DNA from: Octopus vulgaris
Taxonomy: Eukaryota
Length of the DNA stretch: 64,000 nucleotides
Direction of reading: 5' to 3'
Assembly: GCA_951406725.2 (NCBI GenBank)
Contig: OX597815.1
Coordinates: 208,568,001-208,632,000 of the forward strand
The notes below the pieces were generated by a model. The model was not told where the DNA came from, made no database searches, and worked only from the letters and a program-made list of their open reading frames with translations. Made by a program: the position numbers and the translations under genes. Position 1 is the stretch's first letter, and every line of letters begins with the position of its first letter. Shown piece after piece: positions 26,596 through 40,392 of this stretch.

Positions 26596-29434
26596 CGGCC
26601 AGCTGGCCGAATCGTTAGCACGCCGGGTGAAATGCATAGACGTATTTCATCTGTCGTTACGTTCTGAGTTCAAATTCCGCCAAGGTCGACTTTGCCTTTC
26701 ATCCTTTCGGGGTCGATAAATTAAGTACCAGTTACGCACTGGGGTCGATGTAATCGACTTAACCCCTTTGTCTGTCCATGTTGGTCCCCTCTGTGTTTAG
26801 CCCCTTGTGGGTGGTAAAGAAATATATATATATATATATATATATATGTTTGTGTATCTTAGTCTTGATATTGCATGAAAGTTGTAAATGATTCTCACTG
26901 TCATACAAGTGGTGTGTTGTTCATTTCCCATATTCTATGGAAACATGTCTAGCAATGGGGGAAATATTTCCTTGCTTGGAAACAGGTGAGGGTCAGCAAC
27001 AGGAAGGGCATCCAGCTGTAGAAAATCTGCCTCAATGGACTCTGTCTAACCTATGTGTGCATGGAAAAGTGGACATTAAAATGATGATGATGATGATGAG
27101 GAGGGGAGGTGAATTATGATACAGGGCAAATTAAAGTAATATTATTTCTGAAATAAGAAATCTGGAAACTCTTTGATTGTCTCATCTAGAATACAGTAAA
27201 CTATTGGACATTGTATAATTGTGTCATCATTCTTGAAGTTCATGTTGTCAGTAAGTTACCCGTGACTCACGGAACTTTGCATTCCTTATGTCTTGGATAA
27301 ACAGTTTATATGTTAAACTGGTATTTCGTATTAGAAAGAATCCTTTTCAATTTCTCATTTGTGTTTTGTCTTTTAAATTGATACTCTACATGTCTGGGTG
27401 TGTGTGTGTTTGTGTTTATGCTCTTGTTTTGGTTTCTGTTTGTCTGCAGAGCTGCTTGGAATCGGCTCGGCTCCGGCTCCGGCATAACAGCCAGCCTCTT
27501 CGTGTATTAACTGATGGGATTCTTTGCAGCAACCAATCTGTAGTTTAATAACTGTTGTTATAATTGTCCTAAGCACTTGTGACTGACAATAATGCCAAGA
27601 TGGAATGTCAACACAAAAGTCTATTGTTTGTAATTGCTTTGCAATTTTTGTTCCTGGCCAAAGTGTGATGAAACCTATTGAAGAAAGCCGTCTTTTGTCA
27701 CATTTCCTCTCCTCAGTTTCAGCAGCAGCTCTCTGGAAATTGTATTCTGGTTTACCCATTGTCTTTTGTTTTCCTGCCTTCTTCCCCTATCCCTTCTTCT
27801 TTTCCCCCCCTCTCTGATTACATCTCTATGACAGCTGCATCACAAAAGTAGATGGAAAAGTTCTCCCCTACACACCTTTTTTTTTTTTTTTTCCCCATAT
27901 CTGAATTTCCTTTCTAATTTCATTTTAACATTACACAATTTGGGAAGATTTCTGAGTTCTTTTCTCTATTACGGTTGATTTCAAGATCTTAGGAAGGAAA
28001 CAGTATAAGGGTGGTGCATGTGCGTTCCTGAATATTTAATCATTTTATGTAGTTTAATCAACAACAATAGCAACAGAACAAGTCAAGAGAACCACCACAT
28101 GGTCATTCAACGTGCTAGAAATAGCAGCCAAATATCTCTCCCAAAATGGCAACAAACCATCAGTTATTTAGTTGGATATTTAAGCAGTTGACTTATAATA
28201 AAGGAGTGGAATTGAACCAGTGCGTGTGTTAATAATATTGACATAATGACCCTTTCTAGACATCTTTTATCTTTTACTTGTTTAACATTTATTGACTGTG
28301 GCCATGCTGGAGCTTTGCATTGAAGGATTTTGGTGAAACAAATCAACCTCGGTACTTATTTTTCTTAAAGCCTGGTACTTATTCTATCAATCTCATTTAC
28401 TGATCCGCTAAGTTATAGAGACATAAACTGACTGACCCTGGTTGTCGTATGGTGGTGGGGACAAATGCACACTCTTGCACATGCATACACACACACACAC
28501 ACAATGGGCTTCTTTTAGTTTCTATCTAACAAACCCACTCACAAGGTATTGGTCAGCCAGGGCTATAGTAGAAGATACTTGCTCAGGGTGTCATGCTAGG
28601 ACTGAACCTGGAACCGTGTAATTGGAAGGCAAAGTTCTTACTGCACAGCCACACCTGTGCTTATATTGAACAATTGAACAATGTTAATCTTAGATGGATA
28701 AAAAAAGCTGAGATGAATGTGGCTGGAATGAATTTGATTAGACTTACTCAATGACTTACTATAGGCGTAGGGGTGGCTGTGTGGTAAGTAGCTTGCTAAC
28801 GAACCATGTGGTTCCGGGTTCAGTCCCACTGCATGGCACTTTGGGCAAGTGTCTTCTACTATAACCTCGGGCCGACCAAAGCCTTGTGAGTGGATTTGGT
28901 AGACGGAAACTGAAAGAAGCCCATCGTATATATGTATATATATATATATATATATGCGTGTGTGTTTGTGTATATGTTTGTGTGTCTGTGTTTGTCCCCC
29001 TACCATCACTTGACAACTGATGCTGGTGTGTTTATGTCCCCGTCACTTTAGCGGTTCGGCAAAAGAGACCGATAGAATAAGTACTGGGCTTACAAAGAAT
29101 AAGTCCTGGGGTCGATTTGATCGACTAAAGGCGGTGCTCCAGCATGGCCACAGTCAAATGACTGGAACAAGTAAAAGAGTAAAGAGTAAAGAGTAATGAG
29201 GGATTGACCTGGAGTTAAAGAAAAACAACAGTAATAATATGATCCAACAAGAGAACCTGTTTGTACTTAGTGGGTGAGGTGGGGGGAAGAAAGAAGTACA
29301 GACACTTTATATTCTGTTATGTGTTGCAGTATCTGTTCTGGCTTCTTGGGTTTGGGTTCAAATCACATCAAGGTCTACTTTACCTTTCATCTTTCAGGGC
29401 TCCATAGACATAAGTTTTTTTCGTTTTTTTTTTC

Positions 29435-30496
29435 TGTGAAATACAGTAGTTTTGAATTCACTGATGAAAATGGTCTACGTTTATGGTAGTGAATAGGGGG
29501 GGAGGGCTCTAGGAATGTGGCCTGGGAACTGGGGGAGGGTGGGGAATGCAGTCTGAGGAAGTTTGGGAACCATCAGTTTAAAGGGTTTTCAGTACTGGTT
29601 GGAAGCAAGGGAGAAGGCAACTCAAAATTAACTGAAGACCTGGGCTCACAGATCGCAACAATGGACTCTAAGAAAGTCTCTCTTAGAGAGAGAAAGACAG
29701 AATACTTTGCAGTATCTGTTCTGGTTACTTGAGTTTTATGTTCAAATCCCATTGATGTCAGTTTTACCTTTCATCCTCCTGGGCTCTATAAATCAAGTAC
29801 CAGTCTATTGTGGTAGAATCATTAAAGAGGATGATAGAACACCTTATGGTATCTGTACTAGTTTCTTGAGTTTTGTGTTCAAATCTCATTGAAGGTCAAT
29901 TATATAAAGTACGATCTCTGACTTCTCCTGAAATCAGAATGCTATGTTAGATCATTAGCCCCTAAACGCAATTTTTTTCTCTCCTTGTTTCTTTTCTGTG
30001 TATCTTTCTGTCGAAGAGCGTAGGCTCGAAACGTAAAAGACTTTTTCTATTTCTAGTACTCCACCTGCCTTCGTCATTTGTTTATTTTCGTAAACCTTCC
30101 CGTTATATAAAGTACTAATCTAAGGAAGGAGACTAACAGAATTGGTAGAGCATCAAATGATACACCATGCTGTATCTTTTCCAACCCTTTGCACTCTGAA
30201 TTCAGGTACTTCTATAGCTTATTTGATTACCTGATTTAACATCACCACCTAGTTTTTGGTTACCTTTCTTTGAGTCCATTGTTGCGATCTGTGAGTCCAG
30301 GTCTTCAGTTAATTTTGAGTTGCCTTCTCCCTTGCTTCCCACCAGTACTGAAAACCCTTTAAACTGATGGTTCCCAAACTTCCTCAGGATGCACCCCCCC
30401 CCCGTTCTCAGGCCACATTACTAGTGTCCTCCCCCCATTTACTACCATAAATGTAGACCATTTTCCTCAGTAAATTCAAAACTACTGTAATTCACA
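29435..30496. repeat. Imperfect inverted repeat, ~240-bp arms (29435-29676 and 30264-30496)
   Basis: For example gggctcacagatcgcaacaatggactc versus gagtccattgttgcgatctgtgagtcc; alignable along the whole arm. Confidence 0.9.
29940..30105 (+). mobile_element. Penelope-like terminal fragment; related copies at 48240-48483 and 50878-51080
   Basis: Three alignable copies ending in or at (TA)n, each carrying gaagagcgtaggctcgaaacgt, a hammerhead-like motif of the kind found in Penelope pseudo-LTRs. Class assignment is inference. Confidence 0.6.
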
Positions 30497-33042
30497 AAAA
30501 AGAAAAAAGACAGCCTAATTAACCCATTCTTTTGGCCTCCTTTTGGCCACGCCATTATCACCCATCTTTTTCTCAACATGCTTCCAAGGGATTAGCACCA
30601 CTCACTTTGGTAACAACTGCTTTAATCCTTTAGCCTTTCAGATTTACTCTGTCAGTTGTAATACTTATTCATCTGTATTGTCTTGACTTAATCATGCATT
30701 ATCTCATAGCTATGAGATTTCAGTGAGGTGATTGTTTATGATTTGAATGACATTTATGACAGTTTGAACACAAAACAGGTAGAACATTAAAGGCCAGTTA
30801 TTATCATCATCATCATCATCATCATCATCGTTTAACATCCGCATTTCCATGCTAGAATGCATTGGACGATTTTGACTGAGGGCTGGCGAACCAGATGGCT
30901 GCTCCAGGCTCCAATCTTGATTTGGCAGAGTTTCTACAGCTGGATGCCCTTCCTGACGCCAACCACTCCGAGAGTGTAGTGGGTGATTTTTACGTGCCAC
31001 GGGGGCTAGTCAGGCGGTACTGGCAATGACACCTCGCTCAAATCTTTTTACACATGCCACCAGCACAGGTGCCAGTAAGGCGACGTTGGTAACGATCACG
31101 CTTGAATGGTGCCCTTTTACGTGCAACTGGCACAGAAGCCAGTCTCTGGCAATGATCATGCTCGGATGATGCTCTTGGCACTCTACTAGCACGGGCACAA
31201 GTGCCAGTAAGGCGACGCTGGTAACGATCACACTCGAATGGTGCCAGTTAAATGGTCATGAGCACCACCTTCATATTGACCTATCAAGGAATATAGAGAG
31301 AGACGGGGTAGTGCCCTTAAATGGAGTTAACCCCCTGCAATCCATAAGGTTGATGCATGCTAGAAAGCAAATACATAGCTGTAGTGTAGAATTGATGAAT
31401 TATATTTAACATACACCATGTCGTTTAACAATATTTTAATTATAATTATGTCTGCAGCTGCTTGATATTTAATTATTTCATCTTTATAAACAGTCAATAG
31501 GCGCAGGAGTGGCTGTGTGGTAAGTAGCTTGCTAACCAACCACATGGTTCCGGGTTCAGTCCCACTGCGTGGCATCTTGGGCAAGTGTCTTCTGCTATAG
31601 CCCCGGGCCGACCAATGCCTTGTGAGTGGAATTTGGTAGACGGAAACTGAAAGAAGCCTGTCATATATATGTATATATATATATATATGAGTGTATGTGT
31701 TTGTGTGTCTGTGTTTGTCCCTCTAGCATTGCTTGACAACCGATGCTGGTGTGTTTACGTCCCCGTCACTTAGCGGTTCGGCAAAATAGACCGATAGAAT
31801 AAGTACTGGGCTTACAAAGAAGAATAAGTCCCGGGGTCGATTTGCTCGATTAAAAGGCGGTGCTCCAGCATGGCCGCAGTCAAATGACTGAAACAAGTAA
31901 AAGAGTAAAAGAGAGTCTCGACGTAAAATGATTTGCGTTGTACTGCAACGAACTAATTTTAACTGTAACTTGTCTCCCGAAGAAAACAGAAGGAAAGTTT
32001 GTCTATGTTTCGAGCTGATGTATTGATATTGTCTTTGTTTGCTTTTCATTGTTGTTGCTGTTGCTGTTGAAGTTGGAGTGGCTGGCTTATTTCAAGCTTG
32101 GGTATGGTGACATTTTTGGAATGATATGAAAACATTCTGTCCTCTTGAAACTATATTTGTTTTAGAAGACGGGGAAATATCACTAGACACATCATCACAC
32201 ATAGAGAACACTGACTTGGGCTAAGATATATAAATTGTATGCATGTAGTTATGTGTTGTGCATTCTCTCTATGTATGTTTGTATGTATTTGAATCTATGT
32301 ATGTATGTTATTATGACTCATATTCACATATTCAATACATGTGGCTTGTAAGGAGGAAAAAAAAATTTGTAAAAGAACTGATTAAAAAAAAACATTATTT
32401 AAGAAACATATAATTTATCTATTTATTTAGTTTCGTATTTGCAATTTTTTTATTTTTTATATGTTTCTTTGAAATTATGATAGCAATTTTGTTTCCTGCC
32501 TCTTTTAATTTCAGAATTTCATTTCATGGCGTTATGAAAAGAAATAATTAATTCTTATGGAATAGGTTAGCTATAATTGTATGTCTGTTGAATCGGAGAA
32601 CGTCAGTCTACATTTTAATGATTGGAACCCTCAAAGGATTCCATTCATTATCTAGATCATATGCCAAAATCAAATATGGTTCTTCTCTCAATATTATGTT
32701 CTTTATACTATGAAATCATTTATTTTAAAGAAAAATTATTATCATCATCATCATTATTATTATTATTATTTTTCTTATTCAGCTGTAAAGTAAATGATTT
32801 GCTAATACCAGCCTATTTGACAAATATTTGTAAAAATTTAATGATAAATGCTGTTTGCATTCTTTACGTTAAATATTCTATTAATTAGTAATATCTTTGC
32901 TTAATTATGCTCTGTTCTATGGGAACATGTTTGTTCATCTACCTATCAGTCTATTTACCTGCGTATCTCTGTCTGTCTGCTTGCCTGTCTGCACACATAC
33001 ATACACACACAACTGTAGGTATATGTAGTTTTATAGTAAGTT

Positions 33043-33097
<55 letters not shown>

Positions 33098-33128
33098 ATA
33101 TGCACAAACACCTATATGTACATACCTA

Positions 33129-33165
<37 letters not shown>

Positions 33166-33885
33166 AATATAGGTCTCCTGTTTGTTAGTATGTATGACTG
33201 AGATGATTAGCTATATTTTGTGTGTATGTGCCTATATATATAAAACACCTTTGTAAAATCTTGTTCCCGTTTTGTGTTTATTTGTTGTTTTTGTTCTTTC
33301 ATTTTATTTATTTTTATGTATGTATGTATGTGTCTATGTATGTATTTGTGTGTGTGTGTGTAAATATGTTGGTCTGTGTTAGAGCAAACATTTGTATGTA
33401 TGTATTTGCACAAATGTTAATGTCTAATTATGAAGGAGACCGATTCTCATAGGTGTTTTTATATAAATTCAACACAGTGTTTCTGTATTTCTAGCATTTA
33501 AAGCTTTTAATTTCTTGTATTCCAATGAGTTTCATTGTTACTTGTTTGGAGCATACAATTACAATTGAATTAATAACTCGTCAAATCTTTTTGTATCCAT
33601 TACTTAATACTGAAATGGAATATTTTCACAGAAATTGCTATATCACTTGGTGAGAATACTGTTTCGTATTGGCTATACTTACTAACAAACAGGAAACCTA
33701 TATTTTGCAAACCTGTATTATTCTCAAATTTTACTAAAAAGAAAAAAAATGTTTTTATATTTTAATGGTATTGCTGTTAGATGGTGGTGAGCTGGCTGAG
33801 TCGTTAGCACACCTAGCATTTTGTCTGTCTTTAGGTTCTGAGTTCAAATTCCACCAATGGAGTTGATATAAGAAATTCCAGTTAA

Positions 33886-34105
33886 CCCTTTAGTGTTCAG
33901 ATTACTCTGTTAAATGTAATACTTTTTCACTCAAATTGTTTTGAATTAATCATGCATTATGTTATATCTTTGAGGTTTCAATGATGTGATTGTCTATTTT
34001 TAGAATGTCAATGTAGGTTAGGTGTAAGAGGCTGGATATGGCCAGTTTGAATATAAAACATGTAGAATATCTGGGCCAGATATGGCCGGTTTAAACACTA
34101 AAGGG
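33886..34105. mobile_element. TTAA-flanked MITE family 2; also 45320-45540, partial at 30622-30790 and 39500-40130
   Basis: TIR ccctttagtgtt / aacactaaaggg, with TTAA at 33882-33885 and 34106-34109. Confidence 0.8.
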
Positions 34106-34599
34106 TTAAACATATAAAAAACACTGGTGCTGGTGCCATATAAAAAGCACCGGTGTTGGTGCCACATAAGACGCATTGGTGCTGGTGCCATGTAAAAAAA
34201 AGCACCCAGCACACCCCGTGAAGTGGTTGGTGCTAGGAAGGGCATCTGGCTATAGAAACCAAGCCAAAACACTATGGAATCTAATGCGCCCCTGGCCTTG
34301 CCAGTTCCTCTCATGCCATCCAACTCATGCCAGCATGGAAAACAGATGTTAAATGATGATGATGATGATTGTAATCCCTGGGGTTGATGTAATATATAAT
34401 AGCTGCTTGCTTGTATACGAGCAAAGCCATTGCTAGAAAGAATCATTGAAATGAGGCATTGATGATGCAATGTGAAGTCCTTGTATGACTCTTGAGTCCA
34501 GCCAAAGATTTGCACATTCTATGTGCAAATCTGGCTGGACTCAAGAGTCATATAATGCACAGCTGTGCTGGCTGGCAGAGGGAACAGGTGCCACAATAT

Positions 34600-35580
34600 G
34601 ACTTCTTTTTACATTCCTTTACAATCCTCCAACTGAATGGCACACCTTTCTACAGGCTGCACATGTTGTGGACAATAGCCATATCACAATTTACAGTGAG
34701 TTCTGTGAGTGCTGACCAGGCCTTTGTGACTCTAGCATTTAGGTAACTTGACATCGTTTGCTCTTACCTTAGGCTGAACAACAAAATTCACCTTAGCACA
34801 CAAAAGCCTCTAGTCCATCCAGCATAACTTGCACAATAGCAAAGTTCTTGATATCACATTTCCTAGTGAGGATATAATCTATAAGGTGCTGTTTCTTAGA
34901 TCCAGGGTGTATACATGTCATTTTATACTTACTTTTTAGTTGAAACATTGTGTTCATTACACACAGATCCATCTCTACTCACACCTGTAATATCAGTAAC
35001 CCATTACTGTTGGAACTCCCAACGCTATGCTTTCCTAAAACACCCCAAATTTCCCAATCTGCACCAACTCAAGCATTAAAATCCTGTAAAGTGACATCTT
35101 TGTCATCACGAGGGATACTGTGGATAATCTCTGTAAGTGAAAGATAGAAGGCAAGTTTATCATCTTGAAACAAATTCATAGTTGGAGCATATGCATTTAT
35201 GAGTGTAATATGGCGACCCTTTCGTCAACCAGGAGAATTCATCTACGAAGCAATTGCCCGAACTCCCCTTCAGGGTTGGCAAAAGCGATGTGGTGGACAA
35301 CGAAAAACCTGGCTGATGACAGTCAAGGCTGATCTGGAACCCAACCTAGGCCCCCATATCTCCGGCGTTCGCCGCTGGGATAGGGAGTGGTTGGAGATCA
35401 CACGGTCGTTAGCCTCAAATCGCCAGGCCTGGTCGACGTTTGTGAGAGATGCAGCATTGAGGATGAATGAAGCCAGCTCAACCCACCCCGGTTGAATGCT
35501 GTCTCAAGACAAGACAAGACAAGACCTTTTTTAATGGAACTGTTAAAGACATTAAACAATTCATAGGCTTGTACCTTAAC
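34600..35580 (-). pseudogene. Old RTE-clade LINE relic (APE endonuclease domain), split by a younger RTE insertion
   Basis: Minus-strand LMSLTVPLKK|GRHITLINAYAPTM...DFNA*VGADWEIWGVLGKHSVGSSNSNGLL...NTMFQ...HPGSKKQHLIDYIL. Confidence 0.85.
35223..35522 (+). mobile_element. 5'-truncated RTE LINE 3' end with a (CAAGA)n tail
   Basis: GWQKRCGGQRKTWLMTVKADLE...WLEITRSLASNRQAW is a typical RTE ORF C-terminus. Imperfect TSD gacc(c)ttt. Confidence 0.85.
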
Positions 35581-36290
35581 CTGAATTTACTCACAGTTGT
35601 AAGATGACGACTGGACCCAGGCTGTACATGCCAAGCCAGACCACAGAACAAAATGTTACAGAGCCCTTTTTGCCATTTACTTCATTATCAATATCGACTT
35701 TGTTTGATGTTGCCCTTTTAGGCTTTAGCCAACCATGTAGATGCAAAATGTCCATTTATGACTTTATACACTTCTTTTCCTTTTCTTTTTGTATATTGTA
35801 ATATATTCTATATGGTTTATACAATGATACATTGAGGAGTTTTTTTTTATGAGTACTACGGGACTACTTGAATCCATATATTGTGACTTAAATTTGTATG
35901 CATGTATGTATATACACACACATGTGTGATGGACTGCTTATAGTTTCTCACTACCAAATCCACTAATGAGTCTTTGGTTGGCCTGGTGCTAGAGAAGGTG
36001 CTTCTCCAAGGTACCACCTAGTGGGATTGAACCCAAAACTATGTGGTTGGAAAGCAAACCTCTCAAACACAATCACACAGTCATGTCTGTATACTCTTTT
36101 CCTCTTTTCAGTCATTTGACTGTGGCCATGCTGGAGCACCGCCTTTAGTCGAGCAAATTGACCCTAGGACTTATTCTATCGGTTTCTTTTGCTGAACCGC
36201 TAAGTTACGGGGACGTAAACACACCAGCTTTGGTTGTCAAGTGAGGGGGGGGGGAGCAAACACAGACACACAAACATATATACACACACA

Positions 36291-36331
<41 letters not shown>

Positions 36332-36739
36332 GACGGGTTTCTTTCAGTTTCTGTCTACCAAATCCACTCACAAAGCTTTGGTCGGCCTGAGGCTATAGTA
36401 GAAGACACTTGCCCAAGGTGCCACGTGAAGTGACACTGAACCCAGAACAATATGGTTGGTAAGCAAGCTCCTTACCACACAGCCACTCCTGCGTATGTGG
36501 ATGTCTGGTTAAGACACATCTTTCCACCCCTGTTTAGCTATCTGCCTTTCTACCCTGTCCGTTTGTCTAATCACAATCTGGCTGTCTGTTTGTCTGTCTG
36601 TCTGTCCATTCATTCATCCTTCCTCCCTCTTTGACCATCATTTCTTCCTTCATTAAAGGATGTTTTACATATCTAATAACAGAATTTAAAATATAAACAA
36701 AACGTGTATAGACAGATAGATAATGTAACCCTGTGCGTG

Positions 36740-36741
36740 TG

Positions 36742-36775
<34 letters not shown>

Positions 36776-36779
36776 CACA

Positions 36780-36853
<74 letters not shown>
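36740..36853. repeat. (CA)n microsatellite
   Basis: Directly visible. Confidence 0.98.
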
Positions 36854-37398
36854 TGCTTATTACTTTCTAAAATCCTATGTATTTCTGATACGCAAAACTA
36901 TTTTGTTTCATTTCAGTAAGTACTGCCAAAAACGGCATGCTTACTTTAGCAAAACCGAAATGGAATTCCAATGCCTTCATCTTAATTATATATTTGGCCC
37001 TATTGGTGTTGCACCGTTGGCTTAGGTGAGAAGTTGCTTTCATTTCTGGTAAGGAAAGCCAGTCAAGCAAACTTATTATTTGACAGGATAAAATAGAAGA
37101 AATCACACACATTGACAAATTAAATGTGAGAGAAAGGCCGAGAGCTGTGTGTGTGTGTGTATGAGAGAGAGGGAGAGAGATAGGGAGGAGATATGAAGGA
37201 AAAGAGATATAGTTTGGTGTTCATTTTCCTTGAGCTAATCATACTCTAGCTCTAATGAACCAGAAAATTCTGAGTAATGTAGCAGACCGTTACCTAATTA
37301 AACTGATATTTTACCAAGCTCCACCCAATCTTTTGTCACTTCGCGTTGGAGACGTGAGAAAATATTTTACCTAAATAAAATTACATTCAATAATAGTG

Positions 37399-37431
<33 letters not shown>

Positions 37432-38275
37432 TGCAGATTAAAAGCAAAATAATAACGATGATGATATGATAGTAGTCATTATCTTTTGGCTCTTGTCTAT
37501 ATTTTCTTTCAATTTTAGCTTTAAAAAAATTGTTTTCTCATTTTTGTACAGTTGTATTTTATAATTAGCATCATTTAATGTCCATTGTCCGTGCTGGCAT
37601 GGGTTGGACCGTTTGACCAGGGCGGGCAAGTTGGTGCTGCATCAGACTCCAGTTTGATTTGGCATGGCTTCTACAGCTGGATGCCCTTCCTAATGCCAAC
37701 CACTCTGATAGTGTAATGTATTGTCTTAATGTTTAAATGCAATGTAACGGCTGAAAGCTTTGTTGACAGAATGGACAGTATCTGGGCCGATGTGTTGGTT
37801 TCTAACCCCATTAAGCTCGAGTCGGAAATCTGCTCCAAATTTGCCGAGTACATTGACAAGTAGTATCCAGCATCTGTCTTTTGTGGTTGCCACGTTGAAA
37901 TCTGCAGGCGTTCTGAAATGCTTCATGCCAAAAGTGCTGCTGTGTATGTGTGTATGTACATCTTTGTCATACAAGCAAAGTTGTTCATTTCCAGACTTCT
38001 ATGGAAAGCACGTCAACCTATGAGAAAATATTACTTTGCTTGGAAGCAGGTGTGGGTTTGATGAGAGGAGAGGCATCTGACTGTAGAAAATCTGCTTCAA
38101 ACAAAGTGTGAATGACCTATGCAAGCATGAATGATGAGAACAATTAATCCTTTCGAAGTTGTCTTTCTAATATTTCTAATGGGTGGCCTGCCTGTGTGTT
38201 TCAGTTGATTTTCAGTATGATACAGATTTCAGAGAGGTGCAGTGAAACATCTATAGCTTTATTTATTGGCATATT

Positions 38276-38665
38276 GGATGGAAGCACTCCGTTGGTTACG
38301 ACGATGAGGGTTCCGGTTGATCCGAATCAACGGAACAGCCTGTTCGTGAAATTAACGTGTAAGTGGCTGAGCACTCTACAGACACGTGCACCCTTAACGT
38401 AGTTCTCAGGGATATTCAGTGTGACACAGAGAGTGACAAGGCCGGCCCCTTGAAATACAGGTACAACAGAAACAGGAAGTAAGAATGAGAGAAAGTTGTG
38501 GTGAAAGAGTACAGCAGGGATCACCACCATCCCCTGCCGGAGCCTCGTGGAGCTTTTTAGGTATTTTCGCTCAATAAACACTCACAACGCCCGGTCTGGG
38601 AATCGAAACCGCGATCCTATGACCGCGAGTCCGCTGCCCTAACCACTGGGCCATTGCGCCTCCAC
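38276..38665 (-). mobile_element. Full-length tRNA-derived SINE family D (~390 bp)
   Basis: A box TGGCCCAGTGG and B box GTTTCGATTCC. 12-bp TSD tattggcatatt at 38264-38275 and 38666-38677. Confidence 0.92.
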
Positions 38666-38951
38666 TATTGGCATATTACACATATTATTCACCAACCCAC
38701 TGAAGTCTCATGTTCTCATTTACGTTATGAGATTCTGATTAAAATCTTGGTTTAAATACGAATGCTTTATTGCAGCATTGTCTTAGTTGAATTGGTATCA
38801 GGAAGGTTAATCTTTATCAAGCTAACCCAGTTGTAATGAAAACTCCCTATATTATTACAACTGAGGGGGAGAGAGAGAGATCAACAGAATATTGATTGTT
38901 GCATCAGCAGTATTCTACACAAAAGGCACAAAATCTACTGACTCTCAGAAC

Positions 38952-39254
38952 CAGGTCTGTGGAGTCAAAACAAAAAACTTTGACTCCGACTCCTCTACTA
39001 TTGGCACCTCTGACTCTGACTCCTCTTTATGTGGTTAAGTGATTGTGCTCTACACACCTCATAAAGCATATGCATACACTCATACGTTGAGTAGGTCTAT
39101 ATGTTATAACTGGTTTATATCAAAGAATGAAGATATTGTAAGTTGGAGTCAGGGTTTGTATAGTTTTTTCGACTCCTACTCCCCTTTAATTGTTTCTTAC
39201 TTCACAGCCCTGACTCCACAGCCCTGACTCCACAGTCTTGACTCCACAGCCCCG
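38952..39254. mobile_element. hAT-type MITE with reiterated gactcc subterminal motifs
   Basis: TIR caggtctgtggagtc / gactccacagccccg; 8-bp TSD ctcagaac / atcagaac. Confidence 0.7.
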
Positions 39255-40392
39255 ATCAGAACTCAGAGCAATGCTACCATTGTAGTGTACCAGACACACA
39301 AGAATTAATTACGTTCACACTTGCACAAGTCCTATCAATGGCTGATGCCAAGAATTACTCATCAGATAATCTTCTGTCCTCAGCAACTTACAGAACAAAT
39401 AAAACATTTTTTTGTTAACATATTTCTCTTGAAATTAATTGTCTCTATTTCAATTAATTTTGAAAATAATGAAGAATCTTTCCATATCTTTCCATATTAG
39501 CCTTTTAGCATTTAAACTGACCATAGGCTCAGGAGTGGCTGTGTGGTAAGTAGCTTGCTTACCAACCACATGGTTCCGGGTTCAGTCCCACTGCGTGGCA
39601 CCTTGGGCTGGTGTATTCTGCTATAGCCTCGGGCCGACCAATGCCTTGTGAGTGGATTTGGTAGACGGAAACTGAAAGAAGCCTGTCGGATATATGTTTG
39701 TATATATGTATGTGTGTGTATGTTTGTGTATCTGTGTTTGCCCCCCTAGCATTGCTTGACAACCGATGCTGGTGTGTTTATGTCCCCGTCACTTAGCAGT
39801 TCGGCAAAAAGAGATTGATAGAATAAGTGCTAGGCTTACAAAGAATAAGTCCTGGGGTCGAGTTGCTCGACTAAAGGCGGTGCTCTAGCATGGCCGCAGT
39901 CAAATGACTGAAACAAGTAAAAGAGAAAAGAGAAAGAGATATCTGGCTTGAATATCCTACCTGTTTGATGTTTAAGTTGGCCAGACCAAACCTCTCGCAC
40001 CTCCCTTACAATATCATTCTAAAAAAATATACAATCACCCCATCAAAATTTTAAAGCCGTCAGATAACGCTTGATTAATTAAAAATAAATGTGAATAAAT
40101 AACCATTACATTTGACAGTAATCTGAATGCTAATTAGTGAAGCTGATGCATATAATATAAATTAACAGGAAATTTTGATGTAAGGTTTTGTTTTAATTGA
40201 GGCCCTTTTAAAATAGGTAAGTTTGTGACACAGAACCAGGAGCAGTCTCAAGTGGGTTGGAATCAAAAGAGTTAAGAAGCGAAGATTTGAACCATCTGAG
40301 TGGATGAAATTGAAACTAAAAGAATCCCCTCACCACCAAAAAAAAAAACAAAAAACAAAAAACAAAAACAAAAACACTGTCAATAATGGATA

